Positions 49,832 to 60,593 of a stretch of DNA of 64,000 nt are shown in pieces. Every line of letters starts with the position of its first letter. Position 1 is the stretch's first letter. Below the pieces are notes generated by a model. The model was given only the letters and a program-made list of their open reading frames with translations. It was not told the origin of the DNA and ran no database searches. This DNA comes from a virus. The DNA is taken from the IMG/VR virus record IMGVR_UViG_3300030380_005901, positions 1 to 64,000 of that record; one strand, given 5' to 3'. A program made the translations under genes and the position numbers.

Positions 49832-50792
49832 TTCTTAATTCATTTAACTTCATCAAATAATAAAAATAGTTCATTTTTGTAAATACTTCTAAATTTTTAG
49901 TTTTTGGTATTGTATATACATTCATAAGTCTATGTTGGGTGTACTCATCATCTTCTAATATCTCTATTTCTACATCTTTATTAGTTATTTTATTATATAT
50001 TAAATAGTTTTTGAAATGTTTAACAAAACTGTCATTCTTTATTCTACAAGAAAAAAATTGTGTGTTTTTTTCAGTATCATATAATGAAGAAACATTTACT
50101 AAAAAATTTAAAGATTTATCTAAATTTTTATGAATTTCCTGTTTATTGTAATCGCCAAATATTATGTTGTCATCCCACTTAAACCCATTAGCTTGACATA
50201 TTAAAACATTTAACGGTTTTATTTGTGTAGATTTAACTTTTATGAAAAGGTGTCTATATTTTTTATCTAAATACCTAAGTTTATAGTTTACATAATTTAA
50301 ACTTATTTTATCTAATTTTAAATTATTAGTTAAATATAATTTATTAGACATATATTTTTCATTACCAATTATATTAAAAACATTATTTTTTAATTTAACT
50401 TCTTTAATGTCATCTTTGATTATGTCAACGTTAGATCTACTTTTAATTTTTTCTATTAGCTCTTTCATAAATAAATTAGAACCTAAATTGATGTGATAAA
50501 GGGAAAAAGTAGTATATATTTTTTCTGTTATTGTATAAACATGTGGTAGTGGTCCTTTTATTTCAAATTTACTATCAACTTTTTTTAAGTCGTTATTTAC
50601 AATGTCAATATATTTTTTATGTTCTTTACCAACCCATTGCAAATGTACTCTAGCGTCTGATATTTGCCAAGCACCCCCTAAATTATCCTCTTTATCAATT
50701 AAACAAAGGTTTAAGTCTTTGAATGAATTAATATAACAATCTAATAAAAAAGAAATATTAGAAGAAATATATGTTATATCATATTTTTTCAT
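49821..50792 (-). CDS. degenerate FAD/Rossmann-type oxidoreductase-like protein
   Basis: N-terminal YDITYI...LIDKEDNLGGAW, but the GxGxxG motif is lost. Confidence 0.5.
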   Translation of the reverse strand: MKKYDITYISSNISFLLDCYINSFKDLNLCLIDKEDNLGGAWQISDARVHLQWVGKEHKKYIDIVNNDLKKVDSKFEIKGPLPHVYTITEKIYTTFSLYHINLGSNLFMKELIEKIKSRSNVDIIKDDIKEVKLKNNVFNIIGNEKYMSNKLYLTNNLKLDKISLNYVNYKLRYLDKKYRHLFIKVKSTQIKPLNVLICQANGFKWDDNIIFGDYNKQEIHKNLDKSLNFLVNVSSLYDTEKNTQFFSCRIKNDSFVKHFKNYLIYNKITNKDVEIEILEDDEYTQHRLMNVYTIPKTKNLEVFTKMNYFYYLMKLNELRNEH

Positions 50793-51363
50793 AGATATAG
50801 AAAGATTGTTTTTCCATCCAACTAACTGGATAGTAATGTGGGGTAATATATTTTCTTTGATCTTTATTCTTACTAATAGGTCTATAACTAATTATACTTA
50901 CTTTAGGCGTTTTTTTTAGTAAATCTTCGTTTGCATTATAAACATCTTTAGCATTAAAACACAAATTACTTTGCCATATTAAATCCCCTTCAGAAAATTC
51001 AAAATCATAAAAAGAGGTTTCCGAGAAAGTAATATTTTTTAAATTAAACTTGTCCACCATTTTTTTTGCAAAATTAACACGAAAAGAATGTATGTCAATA
51101 CCAATAGTCTCAACATTAGGATATAACTCATTCCAATAGAAATTAATCCATCCAATACTGGAACCCACCACCACCAGTCTTTTAGGTTTTATTTTTAAAT
51201 TATTTAATAGACTTTGAAATGTTTTTTGTGGTGTACTACCATAAGTAAATGCTATAGATTTTAAAGAATATTTGTACTTACTTTTTTTAGTACTTACAGT
51301 ATCTTCTGATCTAAAATTTTCCATATAATTATTTAGATCATTTAATAGTTCGGTGTTTTTCAT
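50779..51363 (-). CDS. class I SAM methyltransferase, DOT1-like
   Basis: FTYGSTP...VVVGSSIGW...IGIDI...IWQSNLCF. Confidence 0.7.
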   Translation of the reverse strand: MKNTELLNDLNNYMENFRSEDTVSTKKSKYKYSLKSIAFTYGSTPQKTFQSLLNNLKIKPKRLVVVGSSIGWINFYWNELYPNVETIGIDIHSFRVNFAKKMVDKFNLKNITFSETSFYDFEFSEGDLIWQSNLCFNAKDVYNANEDLLKKTPKVSIISYRPISKNKDQRKYITPHYYPVSWMEKQSFYIYEKI

Positions 51364-51429
51364 ATATAGTTTATATATAAATAACCAAACATTTTTTAAA
51401 CTTAGTAGAGTTTTGTCAAATAAATGTTA

Positions 51430-51651
51430 TTAAAGTTTAACTATTAATTCTGCCTTAGATAAAAATCCATATTCAGATGTTAAACCATAATCTACTAAAA
51501 CTTCATCTACAATTTTTTTCATGTTATCACTGTGTCCTGTAATAATAGTAACTTCATTTGTACCTTTTTGTAGATGTTCACCTAAAAATACATCTACTTT
51601 TCTAGGTACTTCATGATGTCTTATACCATGTAAATCTAATTTACTCATCAC
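51430..51651 (-). CDS. Smr-domain protein
   Basis: LDLHG...IITG. Confidence 0.85.
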   Translation of the reverse strand: MMSKLDLHGIRHHEVPRKVDVFLGEHLQKGTNEVTIITGHSDNMKKIVDEVLVDYGLTSEYGFLSKAELIVKL

Positions 51652-51946
51652 TTATTTTTTTTAAAATTTTATGTACTTTATTACATAATTCATACTCTTC
51701 CTCTTCTAAAAAATGAACTAAAGATTTATTTAAACTATCTTCCCAATTATCTTTTGTAACACACAATACAAATGTAATACCTCTAAAATTATTAATTACT
51801 TTTACTACCTCTATTGAGTTCACATCATTATCATATGCAAATTCTACAGTATCCATAATTTTAATGTGTAATTGTGTTTTATAGTTTCTAAGGTAGTCTT
51901 GTTCTTCAGACTCACTATTAATATGTATAGTTGGTAATCTAGACAT
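51641..51946 (-). CDS. hypothetical protein with UvrB/C-like motif
   Basis: HFLEEEEYELCNKV. Confidence 0.7.
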   Translation of the reverse strand: MSRLPTIHINSESEEQDYLRNYKTQLHIKIMDTVEFAYDNDVNSIEVVKVINNFRGITFVLCVTKDNWEDSLNKSLVHFLEEEEYELCNKVHKILKKISDE

Positions 51947-53337
51947 TAATTATAAAAACTTGATATAATTTCAATCTTTTTCATTATTTCTAAACGAACA
52001 TTAGGATTTGTTTCAGTTAATAACTGTTCTCTTAAAAATTTTAAGTCGTTCATTACCCTTTCATCATTGTGAATAGAATTCATTTTTTTCTTCTTTTTTC
52101 TTAATAGTAAATAAATTACTAAACCAAATATAAGGGTGGGGATAATAAAAATAAAATATATCATGTCTTTTTTTTCATAAATATGAAAAAACTATGAAGA
52201 CATCACAAAATCTATATATTGTTCATACTTTTTTTGTACGATATATTCTGCAATTTGATGACAATCCTTTTGAGGTAAGTACATATGTGACTCTAATAAC
52301 TTAGCGATATTTAATGAAACGTAATGTCTCTCTACTGATTGGGTTACACAAAAGGAAACATAAGGATAAGTAACAGGATCTAATGTACTTTTTTCGAATC
52401 TTTTTACCTTAATTACTGATGGTATACCTAAAGGATTAGTTGTGTATGAAATATATTTATCAAAAAAACTTTTACCTTTTTCTACGAAATGTTTAATATG
52501 TTTCTCTGTTAACATATTATAAAAGTACAAAAAAATTATTTATTATCCAAATATATTTCGTTTAATATGTCAACTACTTGATCATCTTTTAAAAAAAAGT
52601 TATCTTTTACAACAGATAAATGTACTGTTTCGTCATCAAAACACTTTTCATAGTCTTGAAATTTAAGTAGTAAATCATTGAGTGAATCTAAATAATCATA
52701 AAAAAAAGTTTTATCCTTAGTATTTGTTATTACTTCAATTGCACCTTCATAATCATCTTTGAATATTCTTTCGTTTAAAAGGTTAATATTAGACTTAATT
52801 ATATTTCTTTTACAGTTCAGTAAAGAATTATTTATAACCTCTCTTATTGTTTTTAATTTCTCACTATCACTTAATAATTCATTATAAGTATTTTCATTGA
52901 TTAAATCTCTTTTTTCTAAAAAAGATATGATAGCTTCTTTTACTTTATCATTCATTTAATAAAGATACTTTATTTTTTTAATATAGTCAAATATTGACAT
53001 ATTAGATTTTTTGTACTATTTTTGTATATCTTTTAAATAAATAATATATACTTATATTATAGAAAACAAAAAAATAGTACAAAAAGAAAAGACTATTTAT
53101 TAATTTCATATAAAATGGATCGTAAGTTAAAGTTAGTTGGCAAAAAAGTATTGCTAAAAAACGTATATAATATTGACACAGATAAGGGAATTACAACTGA
53201 AGGTTATACTGACATAGAAGGTGTATTAGAAAAATTAGGTAGTAATGACTTTTTTGGGTGGGATATTTGTGCGACAGTAAATGGACGAATGTATAAATTG
53301 GATAATTTATCTCAAATATTGCCTATTTATAATTAAG

Positions 53338-54078
53338 ATGAGAACAATACTATTTAAAAAAAATGGATCTTTACACTTAATAGATAAGGTTAGTAAGGAA
53401 GTAGAAAAAGTGGATACAATTATAAACTATTTAGATTGTCCTGTACAATTAGAAGATGGTATAACTTTTAAAACATTCTTTAATCACGTAATTAAAGAAA
53501 AAGAATCATTAAATATAATTTTTAAAGAAACGATGAAGGGTTCGTCTTTAGATTTATTTTTACATGAATGGGATAAAAAAGGTAAAACTGTCAACCCCAC
53601 AAAAGGAATACAACACTTAAAAGCTTATAAAATATTTGATTATATCCAACTAAATGAAGAAAAAGATTTTATCGATATTAGAGTAGATTTTGACGGTATT
53701 GGGAATGAAGATCAATTATATAATTTAGAATTTATTCCCCTAAATGAGTTAAAAAATATACCTATAGTTATTGCGAATAATATGTCTATATATAGAACTG
53801 TTTCTAATTTAAGGGGGGAAGAATTATTTTTTAGGGGTAACTCCTTTATATTGTTATTTGAGTTATTAGGTACAATTTTATACATTTTAACTATACATAA
53901 AGATCCTAAAGGAAGAAATTCTGCTAAAGAAAAATTTATACAGATTTTAGGTAACACTAATATTATTGATATGTTAGAGGAACAAAAGGAAGAAGCAGTA
54001 GAAATACAAAACTTTGAAGAGGCCGCCCAATTAAAAAAGATTTTAGATAGATTACAGAATGGATTTACTAATGAGTAA
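53338..54078 (+). CDS. hypothetical protein with C-terminal UVR motif (start re-called at MRTILF)
   Basis: LEEQKEEAVEIQNFEEAAQLKK. Confidence 0.75.
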   Translation: MRTILFKKNGSLHLIDKVSKEVEKVDTIINYLDCPVQLEDGITFKTFFNHVIKEKESLNIIFKETMKGSSLDLFLHEWDKKGKTVNPTKGIQHLKAYKIFDYIQLNEEKDFIDIRVDFDGIGNEDQLYNLEFIPLNELKNIPIVIANNMSIYRTVSNLRGEELFFRGNSFILLFELLGTILYILTIHKDPKGRNSAKEKFIQILGNTNIIDMLEEQKEEAVEIQNFEEAAQLKKILDRLQNGFTNE

Positions 54079-54359
54079 TATCTGTTATACTATACTCATT
54101 TATTTTTTTAGGTAATATATAATACATCTTCATTAACTGATGAAAATTATATTCCACCTCATCTTTACTATATCCAGTTAATTTCATTAAACCTAAATTA
54201 CTTATAACGTTACCAAATCTATCATAAGATTCTTTTATATATTCACCAAAATATGGGTTTAATGTGTAATCATATTTAATAGTATATAGTTTCACTTTAG
54301 ATGATATCTCATTTTTATTTTTAATATTCTGTTTGTAAAACGTTTTAGGTAACATACTA

Positions 54360-54872
54360 TTAAATATCTCCATCTTCTATAATAACATCTTGAATTAATT
54401 TTTTTTCTATTTTAGTGTTAAGTAATCTTATAACATATATTAAATGAAAAATACATATAATTAAAACTTGTACCAACTCAAAAATCATTAAACTAAAAAA
54501 TATTAGTGGGTAAAGAGATAAGGAAAGTTTACCAAAACCACTTACTCTTTTATCGTTCCACATTGCAAATGTTGCAAATATAAAAAAGAATATTGCACAA
54601 CTATAATGTAAGAATGGAAACCGGTACATATCAAAAATAGATAAACATATTAATGCCATTGCAGATATTTTCCATTCGTTATTACTATGTACATATAAAC
54701 CAACAGACAACGTAGAAAAAATCATAGTAAAACCAATAGGTATGTATTGATAGTATTGACTATAACTACCTTCCCACCCGTAGATTATAGGCAATAAGAT
54801 TATGGACAGTATACCCAATATTACCAGTGTCAAACGAGTGCACAAATTCAGTTTACTTGGCACATTTTTCAT
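54360..54872 (-). CDS. multi-pass membrane protein
   Basis: About five TM segments; SYSQYY; LHY..A..FF. Confidence 0.7.
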   Translation of the reverse strand: MKNVPSKLNLCTRLTLVILGILSIILLPIIYGWEGSYSQYYQYIPIGFTMIFSTLSVGLYVHSNNEWKISAMALICLSIFDMYRFPFLHYSCAIFFFIFATFAMWNDKRVSGFGKLSLSLYPLIFFSLMIFELVQVLIICIFHLIYVIRLLNTKIEKKLIQDVIIEDGDI

Positions 54873-54924
54873 TAAATTAAAAGGTTTCTATTAAATAAAT
54901 ATGTAGAAAAAAATAATAAATAAA

Positions 54925-55159
54925 AAGAGTACTGGTCAACCACTCGCATCCCACCGATTTGTTGTTGTTCATAACGTTAGTCCAAACGATTAAAAAGGGT
55001 TTTGGCCTCCTGACTGTCTAGAATTTTCAGGTTTTATTATGTACCATTCCGCTACTTCCTCTGTTACACTTTTATATCTGAATGTAACAAACCTTTTTAA
55101 TCTCCTACCCTTATTATGTCACAACTCACTCGCCATAGCCTTGTCCGTTGTGTACTCTT
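54925..55159 (-). ncRNA. candidate ~235-nt structured RNA directly downstream of cca
   Basis: Terminal AAGAGTAC/GTACTCTT; inner GATTAAAAAGG/CCTTTTTAATC, TGTTACA/TGTAACA and CCTGA/TCAGG stems; T run after the minus-strand end. Confidence 0.6.
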
Positions 55160-55892
55160 ATTTCTTTGTTGATGGTAGTAACCATATATCACCACCAAAC
55201 ATAACCTCTAATAGTTTAGGTTCAATCTTATCAATTTTCGCCAGTAACCTTAAAGTAGATACTGTATCGTGTTTCATCATTTTAGAAACCTCACCTTGTA
55301 TCCTTTCTTTTGATACTACGTTCTTTAAGTGTTCAATTAATCCCGGTTCAAACATTGCATCCCAAACTTCAGAATCAATCTCAAAACCTTTAGTAATTGA
55401 AAACCTTAATGCTCTAATCATCCTTAACGGATCGTCAAAGAAAGTTTTAATTGGATTTAGTGGGGTAACTAAAATACCTTCCTCTAAATGTTTTCTACCC
55501 TCAAATAAATCAACGATAGTTCCATCTAAATCTTTTGCCAATGCATTAAGAGTAAAATCCCTTCTCCTTAAGTCATCTTCCAATGTACCTAACTCTAATA
55601 TAGGTTTTCGTGTTCCTAATATGTAACCTACTTCCTTACGAGCCATTACAAAGTCTGCAACCAACCCTTCATTCACATGTCCTTTAGGGAACTTAGCTCT
55701 AACAGTAAAACAATCTTTGGTTTCCAAAAATATTTTGAACCCTTCAGTTTTTAAATGGGTTAACATTTCGTCCCATCCCTCGTCTACTGTTTGATCGGTA
55801 TTATCTAAAACGAATGTGAAATCAATATCGTTGGTGTGTACCCCTATGATTTCATCTCTTACACATCCTCCTACTTCATATATCTGTGGCAT
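55158..55892 (-). CDS. cca: tRNA nucleotidyltransferase (CCA-adding / poly(A) polymerase family)
   Basis: VGGCVRD...DID...ARKE...EDDLRRRDFTLNALA...DDPLRMIRALRF...SKERI. Confidence 0.92.
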   Translation of the reverse strand: MPQIYEVGGCVRDEIIGVHTNDIDFTFVLDNTDQTVDEGWDEMLTHLKTEGFKIFLETKDCFTVRAKFPKGHVNEGLVADFVMARKEVGYILGTRKPILELGTLEDDLRRRDFTLNALAKDLDGTIVDLFEGRKHLEEGILVTPLNPIKTFFDDPLRMIRALRFSITKGFEIDSEVWDAMFEPGLIEHLKNVVSKERIQGEVSKMMKHDTVSTLRLLAKIDKIEPKLLEVMFGGDIWLLPSTKK

Positions 55893-55936
55893 AATTAATT
55901 TGTTTATACAAATATAGAAAAAATAATTTAATAAAC

Positions 55937-55963
55937 AAAAAAAAAGGGAGAATTTCTTCCCCC
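55937..55963 (-). terminator. intrinsic terminator after the DUF932 gene
   Basis: GGGGGAAG..CTCCC followed by T9 on the minus strand. Confidence 0.55.
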
Positions 55964-55990
55964 TAATTTTACAAACAAATCAAACCACTA

Positions 55991-56782
55991 TTACACCATA
56001 GTCTCTGATAAACTCCACAACATTTTGTTAACCTTTAGATTTTCATCTATCGACTTAACTGCTCTGGTTTTATTATATTTAATTTTTCCGTCTTTTTTAA
56101 CGTAGGTATTTAAACCTCCTCTAATCATTCCCTCTTGTATTCTGTTGAATACTGTCCACAAATCATTTCCTTTGTCTGCGGCTCTGTTAATGGTTAGTAA
56201 TTCGTCTAAGTTAACGTGTCTGTCTTTACCCCATCTTTCGATTACCGCTTGTTGTGCGAAATCTCTTCGTTGTTGAGGTGTGAGTTCCACACCCATCATA
56301 CCTTGTACTTTACCAACAACCTGTGGGATATGTGTAGTAATCTGTCCTACAGTATCTAAGATTGAGGATTTTTTAAATCCTTTGTGACGAATAGTATATT
56401 CATCAAAAGTCTGATCTGCAACTACTAATCCGTTACTACAAACCAATCTGAAAAGTCCTACATGAAATTTGAAGGATGATCTACCGTTGTGAGAGTTCGT
56501 TAATACAATCTCTGGGTGAGTATCTCCAATCTCAGATGAAAGGTTATCTAACTCTGTGTTTCTGAAACGTAAAATGTGTTTCTTGAATGGTACAGTATCT
56601 TCGTAACCTGTACGAGTACGAGTTTGCATCGCTGCGGTTGGTTTCCAATTCTTCTCTTCTAAGATATCAATTACCCTAGTAGTAGGAATGTGTTTGTAAA
56701 TGTGTGAAAGATGTCTTGATTGTGTCTGTGTTAATGCCGAAGGACACTGTGCTCCGATTTGTTCTAAATTTAAGTATTCCAT
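55991..56782 (-). CDS. DUF932 family protein
   Basis: Y.HIPT..VI..L....W...KHILRFR...EIVLTNSHNGRSSF.FHVGLFRLVCSNGLV...DLWTVFNRIQE. Confidence 0.9.
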   Translation of the reverse strand: MEYLNLEQIGAQCPSALTQTQSRHLSHIYKHIPTTRVIDILEEKNWKPTAAMQTRTRTGYEDTVPFKKHILRFRNTELDNLSSEIGDTHPEIVLTNSHNGRSSFKFHVGLFRLVCSNGLVVADQTFDEYTIRHKGFKKSSILDTVGQITTHIPQVVGKVQGMMGVELTPQQRRDFAQQAVIERWGKDRHVNLDELLTINRAADKGNDLWTVFNRIQEGMIRGGLNTYVKKDGKIKYNKTRAVKSIDENLKVNKMLWSLSETMV

Positions 56783-56822
56783 AGTTATTTATTTTTGTTA
56801 TTACAAATATACGGCAAATATT

Positions 56823-57308
56823 TTAAACTGCCAAACATTCTTCCATAAAATGTGGAATATTTCTTTTTTTCCACTTAGAAAAGTGTTTTTTCTCTCTAAT
56901 ATAGTACTCTCTGTATGACTCCACCGCATTACCAATTTTACATTCTTCTGGCATCGCCAATCTAAATGGTGTTAGTTTACCTAATTCTTCCAAAGGAGGA
57001 TGATTAATCATACACCATTCAATTATGTCTTGTGATTTGTGTCTCTTTTCATAACGGTAGGTATATTCTTTACATAACTCAATACCTAAATCACATAACC
57101 ACACATAATTTTCTATACACTCTCTTGCCCATATGGAACAAGGGTGGTTCTTATGAGATAAACCATAAGGTACATCTAAACCTGATTCTACCATATGATG
57201 GACACCACATAAAAGTTGTGCACTTTCTAATATCATTTTAACTACGTGCTTATCGTTGTGATACTCAGCACATTTTTTCGGATCTTCGTCTAATATAAAA
57301 ATATTCAT
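56823..57308 (-). CDS. pyrimidine-dimer DNA glycosylase (DenV-like) family
   Basis: MNIFILD..P..CA..H.DKHVVKMILESAQLL...HKNHPC.IWAR...EYTYRY.KRHKS. Confidence 0.88.
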   Translation of the reverse strand: MNIFILDEDPKKCAEYHNDKHVVKMILESAQLLCGVHHMVESGLDVPYGLSHKNHPCSIWARECIENYVWLCDLGIELCKEYTYRYEKRHKSQDIIEWCMINHPPLEELGKLTPFRLAMPEECKIGNAVESYREYYIREKKHFSKWKKRNIPHFMEECLAV

Positions 57309-57388
57309 ACCATAAAAGTATAATATTTTTTTTAATTATCCAAATTTATTACTTTATTTTTAATATTTATAGTTATAAATTTAATTTT

Positions 57389-59254
57389 ATGGACAAATTT
57401 TCTAAATTAGAAATAAAAATAATAGATTTTATCAATAAAGAGTTTGTTGGTACTTACCCTAGTAAAGCAAAGGTGTTACAGTGGTTAAAAACTACATTAG
57501 GATTTACTAATGAAGAAGCTCAACAATGGTACGCATTATGGTTTTTAAATAAAGATACCAAATCTTATGTTGATATTGGAAATGATAAATTTAGAATACC
57601 TTGGGAAACCATTGAAAATGTTAATAGGGGAGATGCATTATACAAATTTGTAGAAAGACTAAAAGAAAAAGATGGTGATGAAGATGAAGTATTAGAAGTT
57701 TATTACCCTAGTGATGAACACAATAAATTAGTTAAGACTTTATTGGGTGATAATTTTTATTATTGCGATTCTAGCGGATATGTAAAAACCCCTTGTGTTA
57801 ATTTTGAAAGAGATGGATTAGAAATTGCGGGTGATGGTGGCGACTTTGAACAGTTTATATCTGGTGTTGGAGATCAGTCTTGGAGAATTGGTGATGATGG
57901 TGCTAATAATGAAGATTATGATAATGAAGAATTCAACTATGTAATGTATAATGATAAAACATTAGATATTATAAAAAAGATAGGTGATATAGTAGGTGTT
58001 TATGTTGATGATCCTAAATATGGTGGTATGGACAACGATGGTGGACTATACGAATATTTAGATGACTTTCTTACTAATGATGATAAAGAAGATGTAATAA
58101 ATGAATATGTATGGGCATTAAATGGTGAAACTGGTAGGTATAGATCAGAACAAGTAACAAAAGTGTATGAAGATGAAATTACTTACGTCCCTTACACCAG
58201 TCAATTTTCTTATGGTCCACACACCATAAAGATACCATATGAAGATTTATTAGAGAAAATTAAAGAACATGGTATTTTTACATTTAGTGATTTACAAGAT
58301 TTAGAAGAAGAACTAAACCCTTGTGGTAATTGTGATTTAGATGATGCCTATTGGAGTAGTGATTATATTGACGATGCAGGTGCAGAATATGTCAAAGAAG
58401 TATTAAACGCAGAACTAGAACGAAAATTACATAAATTAGAGGAGGATGAAAATTACACAGAAAAAATAATATTAAAAAAAGAGTTTGAGAAATTCCTTAA
58501 AAAAAGTGGGTTTACACATCATAGTTGGACTAAAAAATGGTCTAGTGGTGACGGAAAATTACAATTTTTAGATAAAGATTTGGATTTTGACGAAAAAATG
58601 ATTACTTTTGTTTATAACGGAGAAAAACATAAAACTTCGTTAGAAGATTTCACTCCTTGGGTACAAGGTAGTGTATTAGATTTAAACGAATGTGTAACAG
58701 TAAGTAAATTCAGATTAATTATGGAAACAGTAGGAGACCCTTTAGATATTAACAAGATTGCAATATTTGACTTTGATGGTACTTTGATGGACACACCTCT
58801 ACCAGAAAAAGGTAAAGTAGAATGGGAAGAAAAAACTGGTTCCCCATACCCACACAGAGGATGGTGGAGTAAAAGAGAATCTTTAGATACAGAAGTATTC
58901 GATATCCAACCTATTAAATCTACAATAAGTGATTATGTTATTGAAAGTGATACACCTAACACTTATATGGTTATGTTAACAGGAAGACTACCAAATCAAA
59001 AAGATCAAGTAGAAGATATATTACACAGTAATGATATTGTTTTTGATGAATACCATTATAAAGATGATGGAGATACTTTAAATAGTAAGTTAAATACTAT
59101 TGTAAGTCTTTTAAATAGGTTTCCAAATACTGAATTAATAGAAATGTATGAAGATAGAGAACCTCACGCTATTGCGTTTGAGGAGTGGGGTAAAGAAAAT
59201 GGGGTTAATCTAAAAGTAAACTTAGTTACTAAACCTCAACTAGATTTTAAATAA
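57389..59254 (+). CDS. fusion: acidic N-terminal region plus C-terminal HAD phosphatase (Swiss-Army-Knife RNA-repair type)
   Basis: IAIFDFDGTLMDTP...WWS...MLTGR...K...YEDR; linker LNE...IME; TATTTAT upstream. Confidence 0.8.
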   Translation: MDKFSKLEIKIIDFINKEFVGTYPSKAKVLQWLKTTLGFTNEEAQQWYALWFLNKDTKSYVDIGNDKFRIPWETIENVNRGDALYKFVERLKEKDGDEDEVLEVYYPSDEHNKLVKTLLGDNFYYCDSSGYVKTPCVNFERDGLEIAGDGGDFEQFISGVGDQSWRIGDDGANNEDYDNEEFNYVMYNDKTLDIIKKIGDIVGVYVDDPKYGGMDNDGGLYEYLDDFLTNDDKEDVINEYVWALNGETGRYRSEQVTKVYEDEITYVPYTSQFSYGPHTIKIPYEDLLEKIKEHGIFTFSDLQDLEEELNPCGNCDLDDAYWSSDYIDDAGAEYVKEVLNAELERKLHKLEEDENYTEKIILKKEFEKFLKKSGFTHHSWTKKWSSGDGKLQFLDKDLDFDEKMITFVYNGEKHKTSLEDFTPWVQGSVLDLNECVTVSKFRLIMETVGDPLDINKIAIFDFDGTLMDTPLPEKGKVEWEEKTGSPYPHRGWWSKRESLDTEVFDIQPIKSTISDYVIESDTPNTYMVMLTGRLPNQKDQVEDILHSNDIVFDEYHYKDDGDTLNSKLNTIVSLLNRFPNTELIEMYEDREPHAIAFEEWGKENGVNLKVNLVTKPQLDFK

Positions 59255-59577
59255 AGCCCAAATAAAGTTGCCGCAATACCAAAAATAATCTGTACTACCA
59301 CCCATACAGTAGTAGACATAGTTTTAAATGTTTTTAAATCACTAACTTCTTTTTGTAATTCTTTTAATTGTGTAGGTGAAGATACTTCATCTACATTACC
59401 TTTCCAATCTTTTAATGAAGATATTTCGTCTTTAAATTGTTCTAATTTAGATAGTTCTTGTTTAATGTCGTTATTTTCCTCAGTTAGTGAATCTACTTTA
59501 TTATTCAATTTCTCTAATTCTGCTAAGACAAGTCGTGAATATTCATTCCACCCATTTTGATTTCCGTTATTACCCAT
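59236..59577 (-). CDS. coiled-coil protein with C-terminal TM helix
   Basis: NGWNEYSRLVLAELE...VWVVVQIIFGIAATLFG. Confidence 0.7.
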   Translation of the reverse strand: MGNNGNQNGWNEYSRLVLAELEKLNNKVDSLTEENNDIKQELSKLEQFKDEISSLKDWKGNVDEVSSPTQLKELQKEVSDLKTFKTMSTTVWVVVQIIFGIAATLFGLYLKSS

Positions 59578-59579
59578 TA

Positions 59580-59999
59580 TTAATTATCTTTTACTACTTC
59601 ACAAGTACAAAGTAATACATCCTTACCATCAACTTTTTTTAATGTAATTTTAGATATAAAATCTTGTCCTGACTTATGTGGACATTTTATAACACCTTGC
59701 CAACTCCCTTCATTATTTAACTTACTATTAATTTCATCAATAGGTCTTTCAGGAATTTTAAGGAATAATTCATAATGTCTTTTCCCCACCATATCATTAG
59801 GGTTTTCAAACCCATAAAGTTCAGCAAACAATTCATTTACTAACAGATATTTCCAATCTTCTGCCATAATAGCCATAGGACGAGGAGAAGTTAAAAATAC
59901 GTGTTCTAAAATATCGAAATGTTGAACTTTTTGTATTAAATCGTGATCTCGTAGTGATAAATCCTCAACTAGTTGTCTTAATTTGTCAATATTGCTCAT
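59580..59999 (-). CDS. stand-alone PAS domain protein
   Basis: MAIM...YLLVNELFAELYGF....MVGK...WQGVI...HKSG. Confidence 0.8.
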   Translation of the reverse strand: MSNIDKLRQLVEDLSLRDHDLIQKVQHFDILEHVFLTSPRPMAIMAEDWKYLLVNELFAELYGFENPNDMVGKRHYELFLKIPERPIDEINSKLNNEGSWQGVIKCPHKSGQDFISKITLKKVDGKDVLLCTCEVVKDN

Positions 60000-60593
60000 T
60001 TGCGTCTTTTATATATAAATATATAAAAAACTTAATAAATTATCTAATACCGGATAAGTACCACTTTTTTACATTGTTACGTGGCTTTTCGTTTTCGTTG
60101 ATGTTATTTACTATAATATTTGCTTCATCTTCATCTTTAACTCTATAAGATAAAGTATTAAAAATCTTACTACTAGTTTTACCATCAATAACTTCTGTTT
60201 TCTTATTGACTCTTTTTAAATGTATTGTTAATCTTTTCATTTTATTTTTATTTTATTTGGTAATTCTTCTTTACTTAAAAAACTATCTTTAATAAACTCT
60301 ATAACAACTTCTTCACTGTGGTTATAATCTTTCCATTGTATAAAGTTAAAACCTTCGTCTGAATAATGTTCTTCCTCATCCCAATCATTTGTAAGTGGTT
60401 CACCACTTATTTCATCATTATAGTTTTCATCAACCCAATAATAATATTCGTTTGTTTCTAACAACCTATATGTATTTTCTTCATCTTCTTCTAAAACAAA
60501 TTTAACAGTTAGATTTCCATTGTCATCACAATCCATTTCCAAAACTTCGTTAATAAAATATTTTTCCATAACTTTTTTTGGAAATAAATATGT

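Noticed and set aside
54925-55159. RNase P RNA, tmRNA, T-box or cobalamin riboswitch
   Set aside because: Only fragmentary resemblance; GAGGAAAGTCC, tRNA-like ends and the full riboswitch cores are absent.
55039-55626. 195-aa plus-strand ORF
   Set aside because: Antisense shadow of the well-supported cca gene. The same applies to shadows such as 4318..4734, 35621..35917, 41556..41948 and 63427..63714.
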